From Mobula hypostoma (Eukaryota): a DNA stretch of 64,000 bases. The first letter of the stretch is position 1; each line of letters starts with the position of its first letter. The notes under the pieces were generated by a model. It saw nothing but the letters and a program-made list of their open reading frames with translations, was not told where the DNA came from and did not search any database. Positions 12,035-25,782 of the stretch are shown here, piece by piece. The position numbers and the translations under genes were made by a program. The stretch spans positions 255,814,001-255,878,000 of the forward strand of contig NC_086097.1 of the NCBI RefSeq assembly GCF_963921235.1, written 5' to 3'.

Positions 12035-12885
12035 CAAGGGGTGATTGATAAGTTTTCAGCCTAAAGGAGGAGTCAATTTTAGAAACGCAAACAACAGGAA
12101 TTCTGCAGATGCTGGAAATTCAAGCAACACACAAAGTTGCTGGTGAACGCAGCAGGCCAGGCAGCATCTCTAGGAAGAGGTACAGCCGACATTTCGGGCT
12201 GAGACCCTTCGTCAGGTCTTGGCGTCCTGACGAAGGGTCTCGGCCCGAAACGTTGACTGTACCTCTTCCTAGAGATGCTGCCTGGCCTGCTGCGTTCACC
12301 AGCAACTTTGATGTGTGTTGCGTCAATTTTAGAAAACCTAGCACATTTTTTTTCCTACATTTGCACACTTAAGTCCAGCAGTCGTGGAGCATACGGATCC
12401 CTTCTTTGTAGAAGTCAGCATCTTGGACCTCCAGAAGTGGTCCACAGCAGGGGTGATTGATAAGTTCGTGGCCGAAGGTAGAAGGAGATGAGTTATTAAC
12501 TTCAAACTTTCTGCATAATAACTCAGTTGAACTGCACGTGCATGTAACGAGAGTTGTATAATTCATCGTCTACCCTGGGCCACGAACTTATCAATCACCC
12601 CTGCTGTGGACCTCTTGAAGGTCCAAGACGTTCTCATTACGTGCACATGTAGTTCAACTCTGAGTGACGATGCAGAGTGTTTGAAGTTAATAACTCATCT
12701 CCTACCTTAGGCCACAAACTTATCAATCACCCCTGCTGTGGACCACTTCTACAAAGAAGGGATCTGTATGTTCCATAACCGCTGGACTAAGTGTGTACAG
12801 GAGGGGACTATGTTGAAAAATAAATGTGCTAGGTTTTCTAAAAATGACTTCTACCTTAGACCACAAACTTATCAATCACCCCTTG
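12035..12885. mobile_element. Tc1/mariner-type MITE (foldback-like)
   Basis: TA-flanked TIRs CAAGGGGTGATTGATAAGT ... ACTTATCAATCACCCCTTG. Internal copies of the TIR motif near 12450, 12585 and 12718. Largely palindromic. Confidence 0.8.
12086..12321. mobile_element. Palindromic Penelope-derived element with two opposed minimal hammerhead motifs
   Basis: Arms ~12125-12216 and 12226-12320 are near-perfect inverted repeats with a 9-nt loop. CTGACGA-a-GGGTCTCGGCCC-GAAAC-GTT at 12227-12254. TSD gtcaattttagaaa at 12072-12085 and 12322-12335. Confidence 0.75.
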
Positions 12886-14012
12886 TATGTTTCTAGAAGA
12901 TCTCCCTTCATACTTCTGAATTCCAACGAGTACAGTCCCAGGCAACTCAGTCTCTCCTCAGTCTAACCCCCTCATCTCTGGAATCAGCCTGGTGACCCTC
13001 CTCCACACCACATCCAAAGCCAGTATATGCTTCAAGTAATGAGTCCAGAACTGCACGCAATACTCCAGGTTCGGCCTCACCAGTACCCTGCAGTAGCAGC
13101 ATAACCTCCCTGCTCTTAAATTCAATCCCCTAGCAATGAAGGCCAACATTTCATTTGCCTTCTTGATAATCTGCTGTACCTACAAACCATTTGCGATTCA
13201 TGAACAAGCACTTCCAAGTCCCTCTGTACAGCAGCATACTGCAATTTTTTTAACCATTTAAATAATCTGCTTTCAATTTTCCTTCCAAAGTGGATGACCT
13301 CACATTTAGCAACATTGTACTTCATCTGCAGACCCTTGCCCTCTCACTTAACCTATCTATATCTCTCTGCAGACTATCTTCAGCACAATTTGCTTTTCCA
13401 CTCAATATTGGTCCCTTCTTCCAGATCGTTAATGTAAATCATGACCAGTTTTGGCCCAGCACTGACCCGTGGCACACCACTCACCACTGATTGCAAACCA
13501 GAGTAACATCCATGTATTCCAACTCTGCTTTCTATTAATCAACTAATCCTCTATCCATGCCAATACATAACACCCAACTCTATGCATCCTTATTTAAAGA
13601 CAAGTCTTTAATGCGGCACCTTATCAAACGCCTTCTGGAAATCCAAGTAAATAATGTCCATCTATTCCCCTCTATCCACTGCAAGATTAGAGATCTTGAC
13701 AGATGTTCAAGGAGGATTTCAGGTGTAAAGAATCAGGCCCCAATGGCAAAAGGTATGAAAAGTCAGTAAATGCAGATTTGAAACATTTGGCTAAAGAACC
13801 AGCATCATAGGCAAATGTGACAGGTGCAGCTTCAGTAGATTAAAGGAGCAACAGAAACACAGGTGGGAAAATAGCAGGGCTGGAGTTCTAAACTGAGCAA
13901 AGCTCTTTGTTAGATCAAGCATGACAAGTTGAAAAGATTCTTGGACACAACGGACATCATGTTTAGTTGAGACAAATAGATCCAGTAAACTTTTTTTTTT
14001 AAACCACCCAGT

Positions 14013-14336
14013 TCAATAGTACAATGAATCCTTACCATTCATTGTCTCTCTTGCACATTTGTATCTTTTTCCTACTTTGTGTTTTCTTTCTGGTCTTGAG
14101 ATTTGTCCAGAATTTTGGCACTCCTGGTGTTCAGCTCCCTCTTTACCTTGCTCTCGTCGGTGAATGATATACTTAGACATCTCTTGTCTTCTCTTTGCCC
14201 TCAGTTTTTCTTGTTGCAACCGATTTGAGATCTGAAGTGCAGAGATCTTTGGTGAACCCCGAATTCTCTTATGCAAAAGCCTAGCCTTTACTTTTCCTGG
14301 AATTCTTGTCCTGGAATCATCATGCTCCTCTGAAAC
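14013..14336 (-). CDS. buc: Bucky ball / Velo1 homolog, putative exon 3 (K/R-rich C-terminal region)
   Basis: Unique, non-TE island with acceptor ttttcaattccaaccag|GTT in phase 0, matching the exon 2 donor. Basic 107-aa peptide VSEEHDDSRTRIPGKVKARLLHKRIRG...KHKVGKRYKCARE... A strong internal donor AATG|gtaagg at 14036/14035 suggests the exon may end at 14036. Confidence 0.65.
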   Translation of the reverse strand, partial: VSEEHDDSRTRIPGKVKARLLHKRIRGSPKISALQISNRLQQEKLRAKRRQEMSKYIIHRREQGKEGAEHQECQNSGQISRPERKHKVGKRYKCARETMNGKDSLYY

Positions 14337-14384
14337 CTGGTTGGAATTGAAAAATATCACAAGTTGTGCCAGAAGACATAACCC

Positions 14385-17300
14385 ATCTATCCAAGATGCA
14401 TCAGCAAACTGGATCCAAGATTGTCCAAGGGATAGGAGGCAGAGTGTAGGAGTATTTTTTCCAACCACAAATGTTACAAGCATGGTATTGCAGGGATCTG
14501 TGGTGGAACCTTCTATAGAAAGACATAATTAAGAATGCAGAGGTCAAGTTTAGCAAGTCTTCAGATGGCAAAAAATTACTTCCAAGTTATAAACAAAAAA
14601 GGTGGTTATTTAAAAAGTGGGAAAAAGATCAGCTGGAAAAAAATTGGCAGAGCAGTGACAAATTGAGTTTAATCCAGACAAGTAGCGTAAAGCACTGCGA
14701 ATTCAAAATCCAGTGGGTCAGAGTAGATAGCGGACCTTAGGAACACAGATGTAAAAGGAAACTGAGGTACAAGTCCAGAGTTCCCTGAAAGTGACAACAC
14801 AGGTGGATGGGATAGTGAAAAAGGCAGCTTACATGACTGCCTTCATCAGCTGAAGCATTGAGTATAGAGTTGGGATATCATGTCCCCTTTAAAGGTTAGT
14901 ATACCCTTCAGTTCTAGTTCAACAATACAGGAAGGGGAGCAAGGAAGTGCAGAAGAAATACATCACAATGTTGCCAGGAATTGGGAAATTTAGTTACAAG
15001 GAGAGATTCAACAGCTCACATTTATTCTCAATAGAATGTAAGTTTTACAATTATATAAAATTCCGTGGCATTGAAACAATGGATAGAATCTCTTCCCCCA
15101 CCCCACCCTACCCTCAGGGACAGGCAAGAACTAGAGGACACAAGGGACAAAAGTAAAGGAGATTGAGGGGCAAGTATTTGCACAATGGGTGAGGAATATC
15201 TGGAATAAGTCACAAGAGGTAATGCAGTCAAATGCAATGTTTAAAAGTCATTTGGACAGGTACTACAAACATGAAAGAAGATGGAAGGTAGAGGGATACA
15301 AGAAAATATGAGCAGCATAGATAGGTTTTACCATCATGGAAGCTGGCCAAAACAGCCTGTGACTATGAAATACACAACAATGATTCGGTGAAGCTAGTCC
15401 ATCTGATAACATTGTTTTGAACACTAGGTTTCAAGGCTCTTCAAGAATGCATACAAGCCCATTAGATACAAGGTTTTCTAACTCTTCCACTCTTTCAGAC
15501 AGTGAGTTTTGAATTTGGAGTACCTCTCAGTGTCGAAACATTTTTCATATCTCCTGTCCTTCACCTTATCTCGGCCTCTCAACATCCTTACTTCCTGTTT
15601 TAATGAAAGGAACTTTGAACAGTCTTTATTCTGCTAACTTTAGTCAATTCTACTATTATACTGGCAAGTGTACTGAGGATGTTGCCAGGGCTACCACACT
15701 AGTCAAGGAGTACAAAGCAAGAGGTGCTTGCTTTCTTGAGTCAAATTAGGGTGGAGAAATCCCCAGGGCCTGACAAGGTGATCCCTCAGACCTTGTGGGA
15801 GGCAAGTGCAGAAATAGCAGAGGTCCCAGCAGAGATATTTGAAACACCTTTAACCATGGGTGAGGTGCCAGAGGATTATAGGGTAGCTGATATTGTTCAG
15901 TTGTTCAAGAAAGGCTTTAAGAATAAGCTGGAAAACTGTCAGCCAGAGAACCCAATCCCAATAGTGGATAAGTTATTGGTAGGTATTCCAAGGGAATGGA
16001 TGTACAAGCATTTGTATAGAACAGAGCCAGATTAGAGATAGGCCTCACACTCTCTAACTCTGACTCATCTTCTTTCCTCCAGCTCCACTGAAGGGTTTCA
16101 GCCTGAAACGTCAACTGTACTCTTCCATAGATGCTGCCTGGCCTGCTGAGTTCCTCCAGCATTTTGTGTTATTAAGGATAGTAAACTTGGCTTTGTGCAT
16201 GCTATGTCATATCTCACTAGTCTTAAAATTGTTCAAGGATTTTATTAGCAAAGGTGATGAAGGGAAGGTAGTGAATATTTTCTGCATGGACTTGGCAAGG
16301 CCTTTGACAAAGTCACACATGGGATGTTGGTCAAGAAGGTTCGGTCCATTGGCATTCTGGTAGTAAATGAATTCAATATTGGCTTTGTGGGAGAAGCCAG
16401 AGAATGGCAGTAGATGGCTGCCTCTCTGACTGGAGAGGTGCGAAGAGTGAAGTGCCACAGGGATCGGTGATGGGTCCAATGTTATTTGGATGATGATATG
16501 GTAAATTTGGATCAGCAGATTTGCAGATGACACCAAGATTGGAGGTGTGGTGGACAGTGAAGAAGACTGTCAAGGCTTCAAAACTTGCAACAGAATCTGA
16601 GCCAGCTGGAAAAAGGGGCCAAAGAATGACAGATGGAGTTCAAATGTGAGGCAGGACTGATAGTGAGGAGGAGGGCACTGGGTAGTATGGTAGAACAAAG
16701 GGAAGGCAGGCATTAAGGAATGTAATAGTACAGAGGGATCTGTGATTAAAGGTCTACAGTTCCTTGAAACTGGCCATCATAGGTAAATAGGGTAGCCTTT
16801 CCTAAAGGAGAGTATATAGCACGGGAGTTGGGATGTTGTGTCGAAGTTGTACAAGATACTAGTGAGGCCAAATTTGGAGAATTGTGTGCAGTTCTTATCA
16901 CTTATATACCAGAAAGATATAAACAAGATTGAAAGAGTGCAGAAAAAAGCTACATGAATACTGCCAGGACTTGAGGACCTCAGTTATAGAAAAAGGTTAA
17001 GTAGGTTAGGACTTTATTCCATAGAGCACAGGCCAGAAAGGAGATATGGTAGAGGTATATAAAATTATGCTTTCCATTGAGGTTGAGTGAGAGTAGTACA
17101 AAGGATCATAGGTTAAGACCATAAGATAAAGGATCAGAATTAGGCCCTTTGGCCCATTGAGTCTGCTCTATTTCATCATGGCTGATCCAATTTTCCTCAG
17201 TCCCAATATCCTGCCTTCTCCCCATATCCCTTCATGCCCTGACCAATCAAGAATCCATCAACCTCTGCCTTAAATGTACATAAAGCCTTACCACAGGTAG

Positions 17301-19166
17301 CTGTGGAGGCCAAATAATTCCAGATTTGCCACTCTCTGGCTAAAACACCCTCATTTTTATTCTAAAAGGATGCCTCTCTATTCTGAGGCTGTGTCCTCTG
17401 GTCTTAGACTCTCCCACCATACGAAATATCCTCTCCACATCTACTATCAAGGCCTTTCACCATTTGAAATGTTTCAATAAGGTTACACCTCATTCTTCTG
17501 AAGTCTAGTGAATACAGGCCCAGAGCCATCAAATAGTCTTCATATGACAAACCATTCAATCCTGGAATCATTAGGGTTAAGGGCAAAAGGTGAAATATTT
17601 AAGGGAAACATGCATGGGAACTTCTTCACCAAGGGTGGTGAGAGTGGAATGAGCTGCACGAGAAATGATAGATGCAGTTTCAATTGCAATATTCAAGAAA
17701 TTTGGTTAAGTACATGGATGGGAGGGGTATGAGAACTGTGGGCCAGGTGCAGATCAACAGGACTGCACAGAATAACTGTTTGGTAGAGACTACGCAGGCT
17801 GAAGGGCCTATTTCTGTGCTGTAGTGTTCTATGACTATAAGGAAAGAGTTCACGTAATTCCTCCTTAGTATATGCTAAAATAAAATGGAAGTTTACAAGA
17901 TGTTGGAGGGGGGGGGGTGGGGGGCAGAGGGAGGTGTGGTAAAGTTGCAGTTTGGATGAGAACCAGAGTGCCAGAGCAGATAGTGGAAAAGTTGGAAACA
18001 GTTGTTAAGACCTGAAAGTCAGGAAGGCAAAGGATTAACAAGGTTGAGCATGGTGTGATTAGCATCCTGAGCTGCAAGAATGCAAGTATTATTGTAGGAA
18101 AGGTAGAAGAGACGGAGTCAAGAGTCAGAAAAACAGCACAGAAACAGTCCCTTTGGCCCAGCAAGCACAAGCCAAAACTATTTAAGCTGCCTACTCAACG
18201 ACCTGCACCTGAATCATAGCCCTGCATATTTCTACTATCCATGTATATATCCAAACTTGTCTTAAATATTGAATTTGATCTTGCGTGGCTCACTAGTGTT
18301 GGCAGCTCATTCTGCACTCAAACTTCTGAAGTTTTCCCCTCATGTTCCCCTTAAAATTTTCACCTTTCATTATTAGCTCATGACCTCCAGCTGTAGTCCC
18401 ACCCAAAGTGGAAAAAGGTTGCTTGCACTATACCCCTCAATTTTGTAAACCTAACAAATCTCCTCTCAATGTTCTAAGTTCTAAAGAATACAGTCCTAAT
18501 CTATTCAATCTTTCCTTATAACTCAGGTCCTCCAGAACTGGCAACGTCCTTGTAAATTTTTTCTGTACCCTTTCAACCTCGTTTACATCTTTCCTGTAGG
18601 TAGGTGACCAAAACGGCACACAATACTCCAAAATCGGTCTCACCAACACCATATACAACTTCAAAATAGCATCCCATTTTCTGTACTCAATATTGATTTA
18701 TGAAGGCTAATTTTCCAAAAGCCTTCTTTACAACGATTACTACCCGTGACATATTATTAATCTACATTCACAGATTTCTTTGTTCTACCACTCAGTCCCT
18801 GCTGTTCACTGTCATACTATAGTGCAAAACTTCACACTTGTCTGCATTAAATTTCATCTGCCATTTTTCCAGCTGATGCAGACCCCTCTGCAAGCCCCGA
18901 TAGGCCTCCTCACTGTCCACTACACCCCCAATCTTGTTGTCACCCTCAAATTTGCTGATCCAATTAACCATGTTATCATCCAGATCATTGACATAGATCA
19001 CAAAGGACCCAGCACTGATCCCTGTGGCAGACCACTCGTCATAGGCTGCCAGTCAGAGATGAATACCTCTACTACCACTCTCTGGCTTTTCCCACAAAGT
19101 CAATGTCTAATGCAGCTTACTACCTCATCTTGAATAGCGAGCAACCGATATTTCTTGACCAGCCTC
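14385..19166. mobile_element. Cluster of old CR1 fragments on both strands, with a Penelope-derived piece at ~16040-16170
   Basis: Motifs KSPGPDK, VPEDYRVA, FADDTKIGG and VRPILEYC. Minus-strand CR1 3' end at ~17120-17571. Minus-strand CR1 at ~18120-19166. Confidence 0.75.
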
Positions 19167-20862
19167 CCATAGAAACCATAGAAAAACTACAGCACAGAAA
19201 CAGGCCTTTTGGCCCTTCTTGGCTGTGCCAAACCATTTTCTGCCTAGTCCCACTGACCTGCACATGGACCATATCCCTCCATACACCTCCCATCCATGTA
19301 TCTGTCCAATTTATTCTTAAATGTTAAAAAAGAACCCGCATTTACCACCTCATCTGGCAGCTCATTCCATACACCCACCACTATATGTGAAGAAGCCACC
19401 CCCAATGTTCCCTTTAAACTCCACCCCCACCTTTAACCAATACCCTCTGGGTTTTTTTTCTCCCCTTGCCTCAGTGGAAAAAGCCTACTTGCATTCACTC
19501 TAAATATACCCATCATAATTTTATATACCTCTATCAAATCTCCCCTCATTCTTCTATGCTCCAGGGAATAAAGTCCTAACCTATTCAACCTTTCTCTGTC
19601 ACTGAGTTTCTCAAGTCCCGGCAACATTCTTGTAAACCTTCTCTGCACTCTTTCAACCTTATTTATATCCTTCCTGTAATTTGGTGACCCAAAATGAACA
19701 CAATACTCCAGATTCGGCCCCACCAATGCCTTATACAACCTCATCATAACATTCCAGCTCTTATACTCAATACTTTGATTAATAAAGGCCAATGTACCAA
19801 TAGCTCTCTTTACGACCCTATCTACCTGTGACGCCACTTTTAGGGAATTTTGTATCTGTATTCCCAGATCCCTCTGTTCCACTGCACTCCTCAGTGCCTT
19901 ACTATTAACCCTGTATGTTCTACCTTGGTTTGTCCTTCCAACATGCAATACCTCACACTTGTCAGTATTAAACTCCATCTGCCATTTTTCAGCCCATTTT
20001 TCCAGCTGGTCCAAGTCCCTCTGCAGGCTCTGAAAACCTTCCTCACTGTCTACTACACCTCCAATCTTTGTATCATCAGCAAACTTGCTGATCCAATTTA
20101 CCACATTATCATCCAGATCATTGATATAGATGACAAATAACAATGGACCCAGCACTGATCCCTGTGGCACACCACTCGTCACAGGCCTCCACTCAGAGAA
20201 GCAATTCTCAACCACCACTCTCTGGCTTCTTCCATCGAGCTAATATCTAATCCAATTTACCACCCCTCCATGTATATCTAGCCACTGAATTTTCCTAACT
20301 AACCTCCCATGCGGGACCTTGTCAAAGGCCTTACTGAAGTCCATGTAGACAATATCCACTGCCTTCCCTTCATCCACTTTCCTGGTAACCTTCTCGAAAA
20401 ACTCCAATAGATTGGTCAAACATGACCTACCATGCACAAAGCCATGTTCACTCTCCCTAATAAGTCCCTGTCTATCCAAATACTTGTCGATTCGGTCTCT
20501 TAGTACTCCCTCCAATAACTTAGCTACTACCAACATTAAACCTACCGGCCTACAATTTCCTGGGCTACTTTTCGATCCTTTTTTAAGCAATGGAACAACA
20601 TGAGCCATTCTCCAATCCTCCGGCACCTCACCTGTAGACAGCGACATTTTAAATATTTCTGCCAGGGCCCCTGCAATTTCAGCACTAGTCTCCTTCAAGG
20701 TCCGAGGGAACACCCTGTCAGGTCCCGGGGATTTATCCACTTTAATTTTCCTCAAGACAGCAAGCACCTCCTCCTTTTCAATCTGTACAGTTTCCATGAT
20801 CTCACTACTTGATTCCCTCAATTCCATAGACTTCATGCCAGTTTCCTCAGTAAATACAGACG
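19167..20862 (-). mobile_element. Relatively young CR1 LINE, 5'-truncated (RT)
   Basis: Long ORFs 20240..20980 and 19433..20218 with [13 protein letters not shown] and KFADDTK. 3' tail atagaaaccatagaaa. Same family as 36732-40600. Confidence 0.92.
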
Positions 20863-20929
20863 CATGTGGGATCACCTGAATAAATACCTCCACCGCACCC
20901 CCCCCCCCGCAAGCAAGGTAGATTTTAAA

Positions 20930-23606
20930 ATAGAACAGTACAGCACATAACAGGCCCTTCGGCCCACAATGTTGTGCCAACCATTAAACCCTGCCTCCCA
21001 TATAACACCCCACCTTAAATTCCTCCATATACCTGTCTAGTAGTCTCTTAAACTTCACTAGTGTATCTGCCTCCACCACTGACTCAGGCAGTGCATTCCA
21101 TGTACCAACCACTCTCTGAGTAAAAAACCTTCCTCTAATATCCCGCTTGAACTTCCCACCCCTTACCTTACAGACATGTCCTCTTGTATTGAGCAGTGGT
21201 GCCCTGGGGAAGAGGCACTGGCTGTCCACTCTATCTATCCCTTATAATCTTGTATACCTCTATCATGTCTCCTCTCATCCTCCTCCTCTCCAAAGAGTAA
21301 AGCCCTAGCTCCCTTAAACTCAGATCATAATGCATACTCTCTAAACCAGGCAGCATTCTGGTAAATCTCCTCTGTACCCTTTCCAATGCTTCCACATCCT
21401 TCCAGTGGTGAGGTGACCAGAACTGGAGACAGTACTCCAAGTGTGGCCTAACCAGAGTTTTATAGAGCTGCATCATTACATCGCGACTCTTAAACTCTAT
21501 CCCTCGACTTATGGAAGCTAACACCCCATAAGCTTTCTTAACTACCCTATCTCCCTGTGAGGCAACTTTCAGCGATCTGTGGACATATAACCCCAGATCC
21601 CTCTGCTCCTCCACACTACCTCTGCATCCTATCAATGTCTCTCTGCAATCTTCGACAATCCTCTACACTATCTACAACACCAGCAACCTTGGTGTTGTAT
21701 ACCCATATAACAATTACAGCATGGAAACAGGCCATCTCAGCCCTTCTAGTCCATGCCAAACTCTTACTCTCACCTAGTCCCACCGACCTGCAGTCAGCCC
21801 ATAACCCTCCATTCCTTGCCTGTCCATATATCCATCCAATTTAACTTTAAATGACAACATTGAACCTGCCTCAACCACTTCTGCTGGAAGCACGTTCCAC
21901 ACAGCTACCACTCTGAGTAAAGAAGTTCCCCCTCATGTTACCCCTAAACCTTTGCCCTTTGACTCTCAACTCATGTCCTCTTGTTTGAATCTCCCCCACT
22001 GTCAATGGAAAAAGCCTATCCATGTCAACTCTATCTATCCCCCTCATAATTTTAAATACCTCTATCAAGTCCCCCTCAACCTTCTAGAATAACGACCCAA
22101 CTTGTTCAACCTTTCTCTGTAACCTCAGAGATGAAACCCAGGCAACATTCTAGTAAATCTCCTCTGTACTCTATTTTATTGACATCTTTCCTATAATTCA
22201 GTAACCAGAACTGTACACAATACTCCAAAATTGGCCTTACCGATGCCTTATACAATTTCAACATTACATCCCAACTCCTATACTCAATGCTCTGATTAAT
22301 AAAGGCCAAAAGCTTTCTTCAGGGGTCCGTGTTGGGGCCACTTCTTTTTACATTGCACATCAACGATTTGGATTATAGAATAGATGACTTTGTGGCTAAG
22401 TTTGCTGACGATACAAAGATAGGTGGAGGGGCCGGTAGTGCTGAGGAAACAGAGTCTGCAGAGAGACTTGGATAGATTGGAAGAATGGGCAGAGAAGTGG
22501 CAAATGAAGTACAATGTTGGAAAGTGTATGGTTATGCACTTTGGCAGGGAAAAAATAAACGGGCAGCCTATTATTTAAATGGGGAAAGAATTCAAAGTTC
22601 ACAGATGCAACGGGACTTGGGAGTCCTTGTACAGGATACCCTTAAAGTTAACCTCCAGGTTGAGTCAGTAGTGAAGGCGGCGAATGCAATGTTGGCATTC
22701 ATTTCTAGAGGAATAGAGTATAGGAGCAGGGATGTGATGTTGAGGCTCTATAAGGCACTGGTGAGACCTCACTTGGAGTACTGTGGGCAGTTTTGGTCTC
22801 CTTATTTAAGAAAGGATGTGCTGACGTTGGAGAGGGTACAGAGAAGATTCACGAGAATGATTCCGGGAATGAGAGGGTTAACATATGAGGAACGTTTGTC
22901 TGTTCTTGGACTGTATTCCTTGGAGTTTAGAAGAATGAGGGGAGACCTCAGAAACATTTCGAATGTTGAAAGGCATGGACAGAGTGGATGTGGCAAAGTT
23001 GTTTCCCATGATGGGGGAAGTCTAGTACGAGAGGGCATGACTTAAGGGTTGAAGGGCGCCCATTCAGAACAGAAATGCGAAGAAATTTTTTTAGTCAGAG
23101 GGTGGTGAATCTATGGAATTTGTTGCCACGGGCAGCAGTGGAGGCCAAGTCATTGGGCGTATTTAAGGCAGAAATTGATAGGTATCTGAGTTGCCAGGGC
23201 ATCAAAGGTTATGGTGAGAAGGCGGCGGAGTGGGACTAAATGGGAGAATGGATCAGCTCATGATAAAATGGCAGAGCAGACTTGATGGGCCGAATGGCTG
23301 ACTTCTGCTCCTTTGTCTTATGGTCTTAACCACCCAACCCACATGAGATTCCACCTTCAGGGAACTATGCACCATTACTCCTAGATCCCTCTGTTCTACT
23401 GCATTCTTCAGTGCCCTACCATTGACCATGCATGTCCTATTTTGATTAGTCCTACCAAAATGCAGCACCTCACATTTTTCAGCATTAAACTCCATCTGCC
23501 ATCTTTCAGTCCACTCTTCTAACTGGCCTAAATCTCTCTGCAAGCTTTGAAAACCTACTTCATTATTCACAACTCCACCTTTCTTGGTATCATCTGCATA
23601 CTTACT
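20930..23606. mobile_element. Four abutting CR1 3' fragments (minus ~20930-21690, minus ~21700-22320, plus ~22320-23326, minus ~23326-23606)
   Basis: Each piece has RPHLEYC/ERVQRRFTRM/FFTQRVV or KYADDTK motifs; the first three also carry family-specific 3'UTRs. Confidence 0.8.
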
Positions 23607-25782
23607 AATGACACTACTAATGCAAATGACACTTAAAGGATTGACGGTGGATATGCAATGGCAAGCATTTAAAGGTTGCATGGATGAACTACAACAATTG
23701 TTCATCCCAGTTTGGCAGAAGAATAAATCAAGGAAGGTAGTGCACCCGTGGCTGACAAGAGAAATTAGGGATAGTATCAATTCCAAAGAAGCAGCATACA
23801 AATTAGCCAGAGAAAGTGGATCACCTGAGGACTGGGAGAAATTCAGAGTTCAGCAGAGGAGGACATAGGGCTTTATTAGGAAGGGGAAAAAAGATTATGA
23901 GAGAAAACTGGCAGGGAACATAAAAACAGACTGTAAAAGCTTATATAGATATGTAAAAAGGAAAAAAACTGGTAAAGGCAAATGAAGGTCCCCTGCAGAC
24001 AGAAACAGGTGAATTGATTATGGAGAGCAAGGACATGGCAGACCAATTGAATAATTACTTTGGTTCTGTCTTCACTAAGGAGGACATAAATAATCTTCCA
24101 GAAATAGTAGGGGACAGAGGGTCCAGTGAAATGGAGGAACTGAGCGAAATACATGTTAGTAGGGAAGTGGTGTTAGGTAAATTGAAGGGATTGAAGGCAG
24201 ATAAATCCCCAGGGCCAGATGGTCTGCATCCCAGAGTGCTTAAGGAAGTAGCCCAAGAAATAGTGGATGCATTAGTGATAATTTTTCAAAACTCGTTAGA
24301 TTCTGGACTAGTTCCTGAGGATTGGAGGGTGGCTAATGTAACCCCACTTTTTAAAAAAGGAGGGAGAGAGAAACCGGGGAATTCTAGACCAGTTAGCCTA
24401 ACGTCGGTGGTGGGGAAACTGCTGGAGTCAGTTAACAAGGATGTGATAACAGCACATTTGGAAAGCGGTGAAATCATCAGACAAAGTCAGCATGGATTTG
24501 TGAAAGGAAAATCACGTCTGACGAATCTCAGAATTTTTTGAGGAGGTAACTAGTAGAGCGGATAGGAGAGAACCAGTGGATGTGGTATATTTGGATTTTC
24601 AAAAGACTTTTGACAAGGTCCCACACAGGAGAATAGTGTACAAACTTAAAGCACACGGTATTGGGGGTAAGGTATTGGTGTGGGTGGAGAATTGGTTAGC
24701 AGACAGGAAGCAAAGAGTGGGAATAAACGGGACCTTTTCAGAATGGCAGGTGGTGACTAGTGGGGTACCGCAAGGCTCAGTGCTGGGACCCCAGTTGTTT
24801 ACAATATATATTAATGACTTGGATGAGGGAATTAAATGCAGCATCTCCAAGTTTGCGGATGACACGAAGCTGGGTGGCAGTGTTAGCTGTGAGGTGGATG
24901 TTAAGAGGATGCAGGGTGACTTGGATAGGTTGGGTGAGTGGGCAAATTCATGGCAGATGCAATTTAATGTGGATAAACGTGAAGTTATCCACTTTGGTGG
25001 CAAAAATAGGAAAACAGATTATTATCTGAATGGTGGCCGATTAGGAAAAGGGGAGGTGCAACGAGACCTGGGTGTCATTATACACCAGTCATTGAAAGTG
25101 GGCATGCAGGTACAGCAGGCGGTGAAAAAGGCGAATGGTATGCTGGCATTTATAGCGAGAGGATTCAAGTACAGGAGCAGGGAGGTACTACTGCAGTCCT
25201 ACAAGGCCTTGGTGAGACCACACCTGGAGTATTGTGCGCAGTTTTGGTCCCCTACTCTGAGGAAAGACATCCTTGCAATAGAGGGAGTACAAAGAAGGTT
25301 CACCAGATTGATTCCTGGGATGGTAGGACTTTCATATGAAGAATGACTGGATGAACTGGGCTTGTACTCGTTGGAATTTAGAAGATTGAGGGGGGATCTG
25401 ATTGAAACGTACAAGATCCTAAAGGGATTGGACAGGCTAGATGCAGGAAGATTGTTCCCGATGTTGGGGAAGTCCAGAACGAGGGGCCACAGTTTGAGGA
25501 TAGAGGGGAAGCCTTTCAGGACCGAGATTAGGAAAAACTTCTTCACACAGAGAGTGGTGAATCTGTGGAATTCTTTGCCACAGGAAACAGTTGAGGCCAG
25601 TTCATTGGCTATATTTAAGAGGGAGTTAGATATGGCCCTTGTGGCTACGGGGGTCAGGGGGTATGGAGGGAAGGCTGGGGTGGGGTTCTGAGTTGGATGA
25701 TCAGCCATGATCATAATAAATGGCGGTGCAGCTCGAAGGGCCGAATGACCTACTCCTGCACCTATTTTCTATGTTTCTATGT
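23607..25782 (+). mobile_element. Young CR1 LINE, 5'-truncated
   Basis: ORFs 24014..24541, 24576..25346 and 25362..25691 carry RT motifs with few lesions. (TTCTATGT)n tail. Near-identical copies at 52800-53348, 54758-56829 and 59686-60594. Confidence 0.93.

Larger units (their letters stand above)
11660..13680 (-). mobile_element. CR1 LINE 3' portion interrupted by a mariner-type MITE
   Basis: VRPNLEYCVQFW, KYNVAKCEVIHFG and FSQRVVNLWNS motifs, plus the CR1 3'UTR. Confidence 0.8.

Noticed and set aside
12035..12885. Recurring GGGGTGATTGATAAGT motif as a CRISPR-like array
   Set aside because: Copies occur in both orientations with irregular spacing and TA-flanked termini, which indicates a MITE.
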